IMG/VR virus record: IMGVR_UViG_3300009082_000018
Location: 32,001-96,000 of that record
DNA length: 64,000 nt
Origin: a virus
Direction: 5' to 3' (one strand)
Part shown: one piece after another, positions 31,831 through 41,624 of the stretch
How the letters are laid out: each line of letters starts with the position of its first letter
Position numbering within the stretch: the first letter of the stretch is position 1
Notes under the pieces: model-generated
What the model was told of the DNA's origin: nothing
Database searches by the model: none
The model's input: only the letters and a program-made list of their open reading frames with translations
Translations under genes and position numbers: made by a program

Positions 31831-32239
31831 GGTGACCCTTCCTCTTGGCCTTTTCCAGCTGCAGCCAGTTGTGAACTTCCTGCTGGCTTGGTAGTACCAG
31901 CTTGGCCCAGTCCTGCACCAGATCAAGCTGATCTTCAGTGAAGATTGGGATGCTCAACTCGATAGCTTCTGTGTGCTCTCCAACGGCTCCGGTGGATTGT
32001 TCCCATCCGTTGAGCATGATAATAGCATCGCACCGTCGAAGCAACTCAAGAGTGGCCTCGTACCAGTAATTGGCCGTCTCCATACCATAAAAGAACCTGT
32101 ACATGGTGTGTGGACAAAGAGCTACGACATTGCCTAGGGCACACACCTTCAGTGACAACTCTTCGGCCCGTCGAACATTGTTCTCGATTAGCCATGGAGT
32201 TGGCGCTGTGAATGGACCTGCAATGTACACTGTTTTCAT
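31823..32239 (-). CDS. DUF4406/nucleoside 2-deoxyribosyltransferase-like protein
   Basis: VYIAGP, PH, LL.RCDAI.ML.GWE.S.GA..E...A. Confidence 0.8.
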   Translation of the reverse strand: MKTVYIAGPFTAPTPWLIENNVRRAEELSLKVCALGNVVALCPHTMYRFFYGMETANYWYEATLELLRRCDAIIMLNGWEQSTGAVGEHTEAIELSIPIFTEDQLDLVQDWAKLVLPSQQEVHNWLQLEKAKRKGHHE

Positions 32240-32253
32240 GATCAACTCCTGTG

Positions 32254-32823
32254 TCAGTCGATCTTCCATTTGGCGTTCTTTTTTCTATCGTCGATAGCTT
32301 CTTTGACTGTCTCTTCTTTGATCTTCATTACAACCTCTCCATTTGGAGATACCAACTTCATTGTGCCAGGAGGCAATGTTGGATCAGAGATAATAGGGAA
32401 GTTAGGGAAGATGTAGTTTGGGTTTTCAGCTTGCTTCTTCAAGGCCTCGTAGCGCCGTTTGGATTCCTCAGCGTAGCTGGTGCCATACTCCTTGAGGATG
32501 CCACCGACCATCTCATGAGCCATAGTCCTCATGTGCATTGAGATCAATTTGGCTTGCTCTGATGAATCTCCAACGGTCAGCAGTGCCATGTGGGAGACGA
32601 CATCTTCCACAGTCACTAATTTCGCAGCGGATTGTACCTTGATCGAAGCAAACAATGACAACTTGTAGTCTGGACCTAGATCTGACCTTAACGTGACTTT
32701 GAGAGGCCCAGCGAACATACTCATGTCCCATCCGATTTTAGACAGGGATTCCTTGATGTCATTGATGGCCAAGTCACATAGTGCCTTGTTCAAGGCATCA
32801 TCTGGAAGTTTGAAACTGATCAT
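32254..32823 (-). CDS. hypothetical protein
   Basis: ATGA overlap with sbcC. Confidence 0.6.
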   Translation of the reverse strand: MISFKLPDDALNKALCDLAINDIKESLSKIGWDMSMFAGPLKVTLRSDLGPDYKLSLFASIKVQSAAKLVTVEDVVSHMALLTVGDSSEQAKLISMHMRTMAHEMVGGILKEYGTSYAEESKRRYEALKKQAENPNYIFPNFPIISDPTLPPGTMKLVSPNGEVVMKIKEETVKEAIDDRKKNAKWKID

Positions 32824-34751
32824 GACGCCTCGAGCTGAGTCACGCCGTTGCGCTTGATCAGTTTCAGCGTCTTCGCGAAGAGCCCCTTCATTGAATCTAG
32901 ATGAGTGATGACGAAGATGGACCCTGCATCCACTGCCAAATCCGAAAGCAGTTCCATGACAGCTTCAACACCGGATTCATCCAGGTTCTCAAAAGGCTCA
33001 TCGAGAAATCGCTGAGGATAAGGACGCCGAGAGCGCGAAGACATAAGGTCAGACATGACAAAATTGATCGCGAGATCTGCTCGACCCTTCTCTCCACCGC
33101 TGTTGCCAGCGTAAGAATCCGCTCCGTGGAGGTTGGTGACCTGTACAGAGAACTTCTCACGGGTCTCTCCTGACTTCAGGGTGGTCTGGGTGTTGAACTT
33201 GATCGACAGCTCGTCGCCGGCCAAGGCCCGAATGTGGTGATCGACCCGCTCATTCAGGAATGGCGTCACCGAAGCCAGGATATGACTCTTCAGCCCTCTG
33301 TTGGAGAAGCCGTATTGCCAGAAGTGGAGATGCTCCAGATCGATCTGCAACCGGCGGATGGAGGCCCGAACCTTGGCCATCTCCTCCCTCTTCGTGACCA
33401 CCAATCGTTGAGCGTCGTCGATCAAGTCGTTGAACGAAGTGGTCTCGGTTTGCTTCTGCTTGAACAGTTTGCGCAGCGTAAACTCCTGCCGGTTCAGTGC
33501 TGCCAGCTCGTTGACCCAAGCCTTGGCTGTTGAGGCCTCGTCTACCAGCTTGAGGTGGGAGGTCTCTTGCTCATTGAGCTTGGCTACGATGGTGGTGTAG
33601 GCCGCGTTATGGGCTTCTTGGCTGTTCGTCAGATCAGATTCGAGTAGCTCAATCTGCTTGGACAGCGAACTGGCTAGTGCCTTCTTATCACTGATCTTCT
33701 TTTCGATAGTGTGGTGGCAGGACTTGATATGTGTCTCGTTGACAATCTGTCTACATGTTGGGCACGGCGATCCCTCCATGCGCTCCAGGTCAACAACCTC
33801 AGTCTTCAGAGCGGTCAGCGCATCCAAAGCCAACCTATGTCCTGCTCTGGCAGTAGCCAGTTTGTCTTTGATCTCAGTTCTCAGGTCGTCCCACTTCTGT
33901 TTCAGTTCGTCGCTCTGACCCTTGAGGTGAGCAGTGGTGGCCTTGGAGTCAGCAAGGGCCTTGGAGAAGTCAATCGCCTGACTTTGCTCCCACAAGACCT
34001 CCTGCTGCTCGACTACGGCCACGATCTGCTTAGCCAGGTCACAAAGCGAGTAGCGTTTGTCCTTGCTCCAGTTGGCCCGTTCCGATTCGTAGCGCTGCAC
34101 AGTGTCTTGTAGATCACCAATATCTTCTGCCAGGGTGGCGTAGTTTTGCTCATCCTGGGTCAAGCGCTGACTGACTAACGAAACACGATCGTTGGTCTCT
34201 TTCAGCGCCTCAGCCAGAACGCCAGTCTGCAGAGCCCTATCGAAGATGGCCTTCTGCTCACCATCGGTCATCTCTGAGAACTTTTTGAAGTGCCCTTGAG
34301 GGATCATTGGTCCCTGGATGAAGGTGTCGTAGTCGATGCCGAGGAAAGCGTTGACCTTGTCCTGGGTCAGAGTCGAAGTGCCTTGGCTCAGATCGTTGGA
34401 GTAGGCACCTTCGTAGTGCTCGAATTCGAGATCGTTACCGTTCGTGTCGTGCTTGCGGTAGCGGCTGATGCAGTAGGTCTTGTCTTCGTGACCTACCCAG
34501 ACCTCCACCATGCAGTTCTTCTTAGCCTGGCGATTCACAACACCGTCACCGGTCTGACCCCTCGTAGTCTTGCCCCAGAGGGCCCAGACCAACGCCTCGA
34601 AGAGGGTCGACTTGCCGGCGCCATTGCTGTCCGCTGCCGGGCTGTCGTAGTTCTCTCCGGAGATGAGAACCAGGCCTTGGTTCTCCATCTCCCAGGTCAC
34701 CCTGTCAGTGATGGAGAAGAAGTTTTCGATGATGGTGCGAATAAAGATCAT
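32820..34751 (-). CDS. SbcC/Rad50 (T4 gp46-like) ATPase
   Basis: NGAGKST, CPTC hook, SGGEK signature, LDEPF, ITH. Confidence 0.93.
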   Translation of the reverse strand: MIFIRTIIENFFSITDRVTWEMENQGLVLISGENYDSPAADSNGAGKSTLFEALVWALWGKTTRGQTGDGVVNRQAKKNCMVEVWVGHEDKTYCISRYRKHDTNGNDLEFEHYEGAYSNDLSQGTSTLTQDKVNAFLGIDYDTFIQGPMIPQGHFKKFSEMTDGEQKAIFDRALQTGVLAEALKETNDRVSLVSQRLTQDEQNYATLAEDIGDLQDTVQRYESERANWSKDKRYSLCDLAKQIVAVVEQQEVLWEQSQAIDFSKALADSKATTAHLKGQSDELKQKWDDLRTEIKDKLATARAGHRLALDALTALKTEVVDLERMEGSPCPTCRQIVNETHIKSCHHTIEKKISDKKALASSLSKQIELLESDLTNSQEAHNAAYTTIVAKLNEQETSHLKLVDEASTAKAWVNELAALNRQEFTLRKLFKQKQTETTSFNDLIDDAQRLVVTKREEMAKVRASIRRLQIDLEHLHFWQYGFSNRGLKSHILASVTPFLNERVDHHIRALAGDELSIKFNTQTTLKSGETREKFSVQVTNLHGADSYAGNSGGEKGRADLAINFVMSDLMSSRSRRPYPQRFLDEPFENLDESGVEAVMELLSDLAVDAGSIFVITHLDSMKGLFAKTLKLIKRNGVTQLEAS

Positions 34752-34948
34752 ACAAGGTCTTCCTTCTCAGCGAACCAATCTACGATGACGAGTGTGCCTC
34801 TACTGTTCTCTTCATCGTCAAAGACCTCTGAGTCGTCGTGGACAGCTGACTTTGGAATCCAGCGGCTCTCTTCCAAGTCTGGGATGTAGATGAGGAGAGC
34901 CTTATCAGTGGCTCGCTTGACCTCGCAGTCGTCAAATCGTGCTGGCAT
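34748..34948 (-). CDS. small hypothetical phage protein
   Basis: T.KA.L....W.PKS...L....W.A pattern. Confidence 0.6.
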   Translation of the reverse strand: MPARFDDCEVKRATDKALLIYIPDLEESRWIPKSAVHDDSEVFDDEENSRGTLVIVDWFAEKEDLV

Positions 34949-35406
34949 GACATTTCTCACATGGCAGCTTCTCACCGTGAAGCTTGCAGCGTGGCACTAT
35001 TCGGTAGTGGATGACTCTTGATCCGACTCTGGATGATTCCACGTAGCCTCGCTGCTCCAACACTCGCATTTGGCTAACCGTCATCCTTACTGTAGACGGT
35101 AAGAACCACCCTGTCGGAGCCCTCGTCTCCAGTATCTTCAGTAGTGCGTCCACTAACTTCCTCCTCTTTGGTCTCGAGCTGAGCCAGATGGGCCTCTATC
35201 TCTGGGATGCGGGCTGCTTGCTCACGAGCGTATCTCAGTTGCTCCTTGAGGCAGCAGACCATGCACCACTGTTGGTACATACCGTGAACGAACGCCAATG
35301 TCCCTTCTGTGCCAGTCCAGAATGTTGTAGCTGGTCTTTGCTGGCAGTTCTGGCACGTTCCGCTGGGTTGGGTAGAAGTGTTGGCGAGGTTGATCTCTTC
35401 CACGGC

Positions 35407-35784
35407 TCACCACCTCATATCGCGTTGAACTACAATGTGACCAAGTCGATTGAATCGCTTGAACTCTACGATCTCTTCTCCGTCTGTTTCACGGCGATTC
35501 ATCTCGAACCATGCCTCGTATTCCGGCGGCTCAGCTCCCTCTTCCAGTTCATCGAACAATGGACTGAGACAGAGGTACAGGATGTCATCCGTTATCGGGC
35601 TTGGTCTAGCCTCGACAACGAAGACACGCCTCATCAGCTCGGAGACCTCTTTCCACTTTCGACCATGAACACTGCAGCCTTCCGCACCGATCTCATTTGG
35701 TACCGTGGCTGGGATTCGGATGTATCCCCAGCGGCTGCTGTACTTCCTGACCGTCGACACCGGGAATTTGGCCAGCGTCATCAT
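35407..35784 (-). CDS. hypothetical protein
   Basis: ATGA overlap with sbcD. Confidence 0.55.
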   Translation of the reverse strand: MMTLAKFPVSTVRKYSSRWGYIRIPATVPNEIGAEGCSVHGRKWKEVSELMRRVFVVEARPSPITDDILYLCLSPLFDELEEGAEPPEYEAWFEMNRRETDGEEIVEFKRFNRLGHIVVQRDMRW

Positions 35785-36887
35785 TCGTATCTCTCGAGCG
35801 CCTTGGCCAAGATGTTGTTACCAAAACCGATCAAGCTGTCTTCGTCCAGGTCGTCGGGGACTTCCTTCTTGACGAAGGTGACAACCATCTCCTCGTGGTC
35901 CATCGCGGGGTGGAATTCATTATTCTTGGTAGCACCCATAATGGAACTGGCTTTCTGATCAAGCCAAAATTCTACAACCTTGGCCCCAGCCTTCAGGTAC
36001 TCGACCCTGATCTGCTCGCTTGTTGCACCAGAAAGAGGAGCGTTATGGACCACGCGAATGAAGTTGCCCTGCAGGTCCACTACGGTCATGTTGGAGACGT
36101 TGTCGATCGGCACCTTCACGAACTTGGGTGCTGAGGTCAGGTGGTGAAACTTGACCACGTTCGTTTCAGTGTCCCAGATCAAGCAGCCTCGGCGCTGATC
36201 TGCGTCTCCCCAATTGTGGTGGTGCGTAGCACCGATGTACTGGACGCTGGGTTGAAGCGTCTGGGGCTTGTGGAAGTCACCAAGGAAGATGCGACGGAAG
36301 TAGTCGGGCCGCAAATCATCGACCTTGGTAGCGCTCTCGTCCGGCATGTGGAAGTTGCAGCCAACCACACCGCCGGCTATCGGAAGATGGCCAAGCATAA
36401 TCGCCTGACCTTCGAAGTCAGGGTTTAGATTCAGATCAATGATCTCTTTTATTGGAGCATTCTTGCTTTGCGCCGGCAATGCGAAAACGTGGAGATCAGG
36501 TGTGAAGTTGAACCACTCTGGCTTGTCCATCACCGTGACGATGGAGCCGAAGGCGTAGATGCTGTGCTCTCGCCCGGCTCGATCGCCCTGGTCATGGTTG
36601 CCAACCAGGAGCCCTACAAATTCCCTGCCGATCTTCAGTCTAGCTATCGCATCGTAGATGGCGTTGAAGGTCGAGATCTTCATTGTCCCGGCGCCTGGCC
36701 GGATGTGAAAGAGGTCCCCTCCGAAGAGAATCCCATCCACATCTTCCTTGTCGGCGATGGCTTTGATCTCCTGAAGGATCAAGATGGCGTCATGCAGACG
36801 GCTGTTCCTACCAACGGGCTGCGGAAGGACCGTGGAATACGCCTTGAAGGCGTGAGCGTGCAGGTCGCTGAAGAGCAGGACTTTCAT
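35781..36887 (-). CDS. SbcD/Mre11 (T4 gp47-like) metallophosphoesterase nuclease
   Basis: SDLH, GDLFH, GNHD, GH, LGDFH. Confidence 0.92.
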   Translation of the reverse strand: MKVLLFSDLHAHAFKAYSTVLPQPVGRNSRLHDAILILQEIKAIADKEDVDGILFGGDLFHIRPGAGTMKISTFNAIYDAIARLKIGREFVGLLVGNHDQGDRAGREHSIYAFGSIVTVMDKPEWFNFTPDLHVFALPAQSKNAPIKEIIDLNLNPDFEGQAIMLGHLPIAGGVVGCNFHMPDESATKVDDLRPDYFRRIFLGDFHKPQTLQPSVQYIGATHHHNWGDADQRRGCLIWDTETNVVKFHHLTSAPKFVKVPIDNVSNMTVVDLQGNFIRVVHNAPLSGATSEQIRVEYLKAGAKVVEFWLDQKASSIMGATKNNEFHPAMDHEEMVVTFVKKEVPDDLDEDSLIGFGNNILAKALERYE

Positions 36888-37065
36888 GTCTTCGCCGCTT
36901 CTTTACGAACAAAGATCAGGTATGCGTCACTGCTCCCATTGACAGTTCCACGAAGTGTCCACCCTTCGTCGAGTCTTTTCTGGACTGCATCTTGTAGCCC
37001 CTTTCGGACACCTACGGCGCCGAAGCGTACCTCGTCTATCTCACATACCATGCGATGACTCTTCT

Positions 37066-37374
37066 TCATGAAGTCTTCTCAGCTCCACACTCTGAGCACT
37101 TTTCTGCTTTGGGTTTTTGCACTCTGTGGAGGTACTCAACGAAGCAAGCGATGTTGCAGAAGTCTAGAGTGCCTGTCTCACTAAGCCTGATGTAGTGAGT
37201 GTCTCCAGTCCTATCTGGCTTGCGACCCTTTGCAATCGAGATTCCCTGGCCGCGAATCTGAATCCAACCTATCTCCAGGTACCAGTCGGTTGTCTCCCTC
37301 TTGCAGTTGTCGCAAACGTGCTTGGTCAAGGTGGACATGAATTCCTCGGAGGTTTCTGGTTTCTTCAGGCTCAT
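37066..37374 (-). CDS. Cys-rich (zinc-binding) hypothetical protein
   Basis: CDNC, FC...C, CSEC. Confidence 0.55.
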   Translation of the reverse strand: MSLKKPETSEEFMSTLTKHVCDNCKRETTDWYLEIGWIQIRGQGISIAKGRKPDRTGDTHYIRLSETGTLDFCNIACFVEYLHRVQKPKAEKCSECGAEKTS

Positions 37375-37745
37375 AGCCTCTTCCACTTAATATTTGAGAT
37401 CACGATATTCACCGTGTCAGCTTCCTCAGCTAACGCCTTGTCTACGTAGTCGTGGACATCAGCCATGCTCATCTCACAGTTCTGCAAGGTGAGATTGACC
37501 TCTTTGGGCCTGGAGACACTGATCTTCACACCAGGTGTGGTGAAGCACATGCGGACTCTAGGAGGGAACTCCTTCCGCATAGCCTGGGCGAAAGCAGCAG
37601 ATCGATCGTGCGGGGTGCCGGCAGGGAATTGGACGTGGATCACGACGTCGTTGGAGCTGACCTTCATCAGCTCCGTCTTGATCCCTGAGATTAGCTGTCC
37701 GACGCCAGGGATGTCCCAGATGGTCTTTTTCTCTTCATCGACCAT
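37371..37745 (-). CDS. hypothetical protein
   Basis: Overlap-coupled ORF. Confidence 0.55.
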   Translation of the reverse strand: MVDEEKKTIWDIPGVGQLISGIKTELMKVSSNDVVIHVQFPAGTPHDRSAAFAQAMRKEFPPRVRMCFTTPGVKISVSRPKEVNLTLQNCEMSMADVHDYVDKALAEEADTVNIVISNIKWKRL

Positions 37746-38286
37746 GGCGTAGGAGGGTCCACATGGAACGAAGAGCCTCTTCGACTGGACTGCTCCACCC
37801 CTCGTCCAGGGACCATCGTATCTCTATGCCATCGGTAAGGTAGAAGTCGATGAAGGAGTAGTAGACCTCCCCCGGCATATCTGGGTGCTCTACTTCATCA
37901 ACAAAGATCTTATCAGCGTGTGTTGCAAAGAAGATCACGATGTCGTAGTCAATGCAGTCCTTGGCGCTGGTGAACAGCCACTGAATGCACTGCTTGAGAG
38001 AGATCTGTTTCAGGTCAGGAGGTGGCTTGATTGTGCGACCAATCCCAGGAAGCTCGTATTGGTTCTGAAGGATCTTGACCTGCTCATCTGGCAGCACCAC
38101 CGTGGCAGCAGCTCCGAAGATATCCACGTGGGCCACTGCCAATGGCAGCTTGGCATCGACCTCAAAGGTCAGTCGCGTGATGTTTGGGACCGGCTTGCCG
38201 TCATGCCATACCTTGCACTGCTTGGGCTTCGAACCCAGCTGGAAGTACCAACCAATTTGTGGGATGGTGGGATCGTCAATTGACAT
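37735..38286 (-). CDS. hypothetical protein
   Basis: GAGGGG SD. Confidence 0.55.
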   Translation of the reverse strand: MSIDDPTIPQIGWYFQLGSKPKQCKVWHDGKPVPNITRLTFEVDAKLPLAVAHVDIFGAAATVVLPDEQVKILQNQYELPGIGRTIKPPPDLKQISLKQCIQWLFTSAKDCIDYDIVIFFATHADKIFVDEVEHPDMPGEVYYSFIDFYLTDGIEIRWSLDEGWSSPVEEALRSMWTLLRHGR

Positions 38287-38359
38287 TGGTCCCCTCGATC
38301 TTCAATATCTAACGATTCGACATCATCCTACTAACAGCGATCCAGATCAACAAAATTCG

Positions 38360-39490
38360 TCACCCTCCGAAGACCTTTGCTTCACTGTACTTTTCCTTCA
38401 CCACAGCGACTAGTTCTCGGTAGCGAGGATGAGGAATGATCTTGTCCTGGAACCCAGCCCAGCCTTGGAAGTTGATGTCTTCGTCGTTCCACTTGATCCA
38501 GCTCTTGCTCTTCTCAAAGATCTTCATTCGCACAGCCTGCTCAAAGACTGTGTAATCCTCCGAGAAGCCATGGTTGCCGAGGCATGGAACTTGGACTTTG
38601 CGAAGCACGGGGCCCATCTTGTTCTTCAAAATGTGGACCCAGTTGCGGTGCCCAATCACATCCTTCTCGTCGTCCTCCTCAGCACCAGCTGCACCACCTT
38701 CCTTGATCGGAGAACCCTTGATGAGCCTGATGCGGAGCGATGCGCAGAACTGCACCTTCTCACCACCATAGCTCTGCCATGGATCACCGTACTTGACGTT
38801 GATGTCTCGGTAGAGGTGGTTGACGAAGACCAGAGCGATCTTCTCCTTGGCGATGAGAGCCATGGCCTTCTGCAGATTCTTGCCCACCACCTTGGCAGCC
38901 TCAGCATAGAAATGGGCGTCGGTGGCGGCCTCGAGCTGTGCCCGGGTCGGGGTGCCTCCAAGAGAGTCCCAGCCGATGAGTACGGGGACTTTGGCCTGCT
39001 TGTCCTTGATCGTGTGGATGAGGTAGATAGCCTTCTCGAAGACGTCTTCGATGCAGTCGCTCTGGAAGAGCACAAGGTGGCTGAGATTGACACCCAGCTG
39101 GCTCCAGTAGCCGAGGTCCAGGGCCTGTTCCGTGTCTCCCACGCAGGCGATACCACCCATTCGCTGCGTCGACGCCACAGCGTGACCAAGAAGCGTTGTC
39201 TTGCCGCTGCCATTCCTGCCGGCGATCTCAGTCAGTCGCCCGAACGGAATGCCTCCCGGGATGTTGGGATTGCCGGCGGCGATGGCGTGGTCGATCACGA
39301 AGTTGTTGCAACTGGCCCACGCATCGACCTTGCAGAGCACGGTGTCCGCCTCAGGAGTAATGGCAGCGCCTTTCCCGAACTTATCCTCCATGCCCTTGAC
39401 AGCAAAAGTGACCAGATCGATGGCAGGATTGTTCTTCGCTGTAGCGGGTTGCCGAACAGGTGGCTTCTTCCCTGGAGGCGTCTTCGGCAT
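38360..39490 (-). CDS. recA: RecA/UvsX family recombinase
   Basis: GGIPFGR.TEIAG.NGSGKTT, DTE.ALD, WDSL, YGG....F.AS.R, KNKM.P. Confidence 0.92.
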   Translation of the reverse strand: MPKTPPGKKPPVRQPATAKNNPAIDLVTFAVKGMEDKFGKGAAITPEADTVLCKVDAWASCNNFVIDHAIAAGNPNIPGGIPFGRLTEIAGRNGSGKTTLLGHAVASTQRMGGIACVGDTEQALDLGYWSQLGVNLSHLVLFQSDCIEDVFEKAIYLIHTIKDKQAKVPVLIGWDSLGGTPTRAQLEAATDAHFYAEAAKVVGKNLQKAMALIAKEKIALVFVNHLYRDINVKYGDPWQSYGGEKVQFCASLRIRLIKGSPIKEGGAAGAEEDDEKDVIGHRNWVHILKNKMGPVLRKVQVPCLGNHGFSEDYTVFEQAVRMKIFEKSKSWIKWNDEDINFQGWAGFQDKIIPHPRYRELVAVVKEKYSEAKVFGG

Positions 39491-39493
39491 GAT

Positions 39494-39880
39494 CTACTCT
39501 TTCTCTTCGAGTACCTTGCGTTCCTTGGCAAGATCTCGATCGTTGGCAGCCTGAGAGCTGAAGCCCTTCCCGTAACGAGCGGCGAGCTTGTTGTGGTTGA
39601 TCTGCATGATCTCTTCGAAGGAGCGGTCGAGGACATCAGAGGCTATGCCAATGTACCAGAAAAGATCTCCCAGCTCCTCGACGAGGTTGGTCTTGTCGAA
39701 CTCCTTGCCGTAGAAGATGTGCTTCTTCACAGCATCAAGGAACTCTCCAGCCTCGGTGACCAACCCCATGGCTGCATGCAGCAGGCGGATGGTTCGAACC
39801 GTAGTGGCACGAGTGGCAATGTCTGCCATGTCACGCGACTCGGTGACGAGAACTCCTTGGACGTAGTCTTTGGGATTCAC
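39494..39880 (-). CDS. MazG-like nucleotide pyrophosphohydrolase
   Basis: GL..EAGE..D.VKK, EELGD..WY, N..KL..RY. Confidence 0.9.
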   Translation of the reverse strand: MNPKDYVQGVLVTESRDMADIATRATTVRTIRLLHAAMGLVTEAGEFLDAVKKHIFYGKEFDKTNLVEELGDLFWYIGIASDVLDRSFEEIMQINHNKLAARYGKGFSSQAANDRDLAKERKVLEEKE

Positions 39881-40078
39881 CTACTCCTCCGGATCCTCTA
39901 GCACGATCTTTGGCATGTGCCGATCTTTGATCGTGCTCATCTTGGCCGCCTTGGCGTTCTTGGCTGCCTGGATGATGACGGCTTGGACTTCCTCGCTGAG
40001 CTTGTCGCAGAACTCGAGGGAGGTGCGAAGACCGGCGGCCTTGGCCATGGCTTTGATCTTCGAAACAACGACCAACAT
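39881..40078 (-). CDS. bacterial-type histone-fold protein (Bd0055-like)
   Basis: LVV.SKIK......RTS.E..D.LS..V......A...AK.....TI..R matches the short bacterial histone pattern; AAAGGAG SD. Confidence 0.75.
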   Translation of the reverse strand: MLVVVSKIKAMAKAAGLRTSLEFCDKLSEEVQAVIIQAAKNAKAAKMSTIKDRHMPKIVLEDPEE

Positions 40079-40096
40079 GGTTGACTCCTTTCAAGA

Positions 40097-40146
40097 AAAA
40101 TGGGGGGCGGGATCGCGAGGAGGGCATCCACGATCTCCCGCCCCCC
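40097..40146 (-). terminator. GC-rich hairpin plus U tract between the SSB and histone genes
   Basis: GGGGGGCGGGA...UCCCGCCCCCC followed by AUUUUUC on the minus strand. Confidence 0.55.
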
Positions 40147-40198
40147 ATCCCAGCTAACAGCAGGTCACGAGGGGGGTCGCTCCTGCTGATGGGCTGCG

Positions 40199-41584
40199 CT
40201 ACTTCCTCCCCTTGACTGCGCTCTTCATCTGGCGCTCCAGCTCGTCGACGTCACCGTCACCCTCGTCCTTGGGTGCCGGCTTGCCAGGAGCCTTCCCAGG
40301 GGCCTTCCCAGGGGCCGGCTTGCCAGGAGGCTTCCCGGGTGCCTTCTTCGCCTTGGCGGCGGCCTCAGCAGCGTCCAGAGCTGCAATGCGTTCACCACAG
40401 CGCTTGAAGAGGGGGCAGTTCTGGGAGCAGTTCTCGTCGTCCTCGTCCCTCTGACGCGCTGCGCCATAGCACTGCACGTAGACAGAGGTGCCGTTGGTGT
40501 CCTGGACTGCGATGTTCTGCTTGTCCTCGATCTGGTCATCCGTGAGCTTGTCGAAGTCGAGGAAGCCCTCGTCATCGACCGGCGGCCAGTCCTCATCCTT
40601 CTTGGTGGGCGGCTTCTTGCCTGGAGGGGCCTTGGCGGCAGGCTTGGTAGCGGGCTTCTCCGGCTCGGCCTCAGCTTCTTCTTCAGCTTCTTCCTCGGCA
40701 GAGGTCTCTTCCTCTACTTCCTCCTCGGAGGTCTCTTCCTCGTCCTCCGACTCCTCCTGTGCCTTCTTGGCGGCGGCGAGTTTGTTGGCCTTGTCCTTGT
40801 TTCCAGTCTTCTTGGCTTCGAGCTTCTTGACCTCTTCCGGATCGACTCCTTCCAGGATCGCCTTCAGCTCGGCACCCGTCTTGAGCTGCATGATGTTGTC
40901 GAGGCTGTGCAGCTTGGGCTCGTCATCCGGCACCGGGGCCCTCGTCGACTCCTGCTCGATGCGGCAGCGGTACTTGGTGTTGATCCCATCACCCTCGCGA
41001 GTGAGAAGCACACTGCGACCCTCGTCGAGATCGGTGATGTCGATCACGTCAGTGTAGTAGTCCAGCAGCTCCTTGAAGACGCCAGAGCCGAAGCTGTAGA
41101 CCTGGATCTTGGGATCGCCTTCAGCGGGGAGGTTGTTCTCCTCCACGCCAGCAGCCTGTAGCTCCTCGATCTCATCAGCGGTCCACGTCTGGTCCTTGAG
41201 ATCGATGATGTTGGCGTAGACCCGCATTTTGGCCTTGATCTGCTTGGCCAACTCGAGGTCCGCCGGATCACCGGACTTGCGAAGCCGCTCGACCTCTTCA
41301 CAGATCGGGCAGGGCTGGTTGTTGGCCTCGGGAGTCTTGGCGAGGCAAGCCACGCTCTGCTTGTTGTCGTCGTCGGGGCCGATCCCCCAGTGTACCCAGA
41401 CCTCCCGCCACCACTGATAGGCGTTGTGCCCCTCACCGGTCCAAGGTGGCATTACTCTGATCTTGTTCTTGCCCTTCTTGGGCTTCCACCACTTGAGGGT
41501 GCCGAAGGTGCCGAAGCTTGCTGCTCGTGCAGCTTCTTCTGCCGCCTTCTTTTGGGCTTTCGCCATGTCAGCTTTCAGAGCCAT
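40199..41584 (-). CDS. single-stranded DNA-binding protein (T4 gp32-like) with long acidic and K/P-rich tail
   Basis: G.N.IR..PP, H, C...CPIC zinc ligands, YAN.ID, G....L.R.G.G..T.Y. Confidence 0.75.
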   Translation of the reverse strand: MALKADMAKAQKKAAEEAARAASFGTFGTLKWWKPKKGKNKIRVMPPWTGEGHNAYQWWREVWVHWGIGPDDDNKQSVACLAKTPEANNQPCPICEEVERLRKSGDPADLELAKQIKAKMRVYANIIDLKDQTWTADEIEELQAAGVEENNLPAEGDPKIQVYSFGSGVFKELLDYYTDVIDITDLDEGRSVLLTREGDGINTKYRCRIEQESTRAPVPDDEPKLHSLDNIMQLKTGAELKAILEGVDPEEVKKLEAKKTGNKDKANKLAAAKKAQEESEDEEETSEEEVEEETSAEEEAEEEAEAEPEKPATKPAAKAPPGKKPPTKKDEDWPPVDDEGFLDFDKLTDDQIEDKQNIAVQDTNGTSVYVQCYGAARQRDEDDENCSQNCPLFKRCGERIAALDAAEAAAKAKKAPGKPPGKPAPGKAPGKAPGKPAPKDEGDGDVDELERQMKSAVKGRK

Positions 41585-41624
41585 TTCGATCTCCTTTGGG
41601 TTACCTGCTCAGCGGCAGATTGGG

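Noticed and set aside
38429-39901. Long antisense ORFs (38429-39901, 44507-45601, 22589-23524, 60927-61826)
   Set aside because: They are shadows of GC3-rich genes on the opposite strand with no recognisable motifs.
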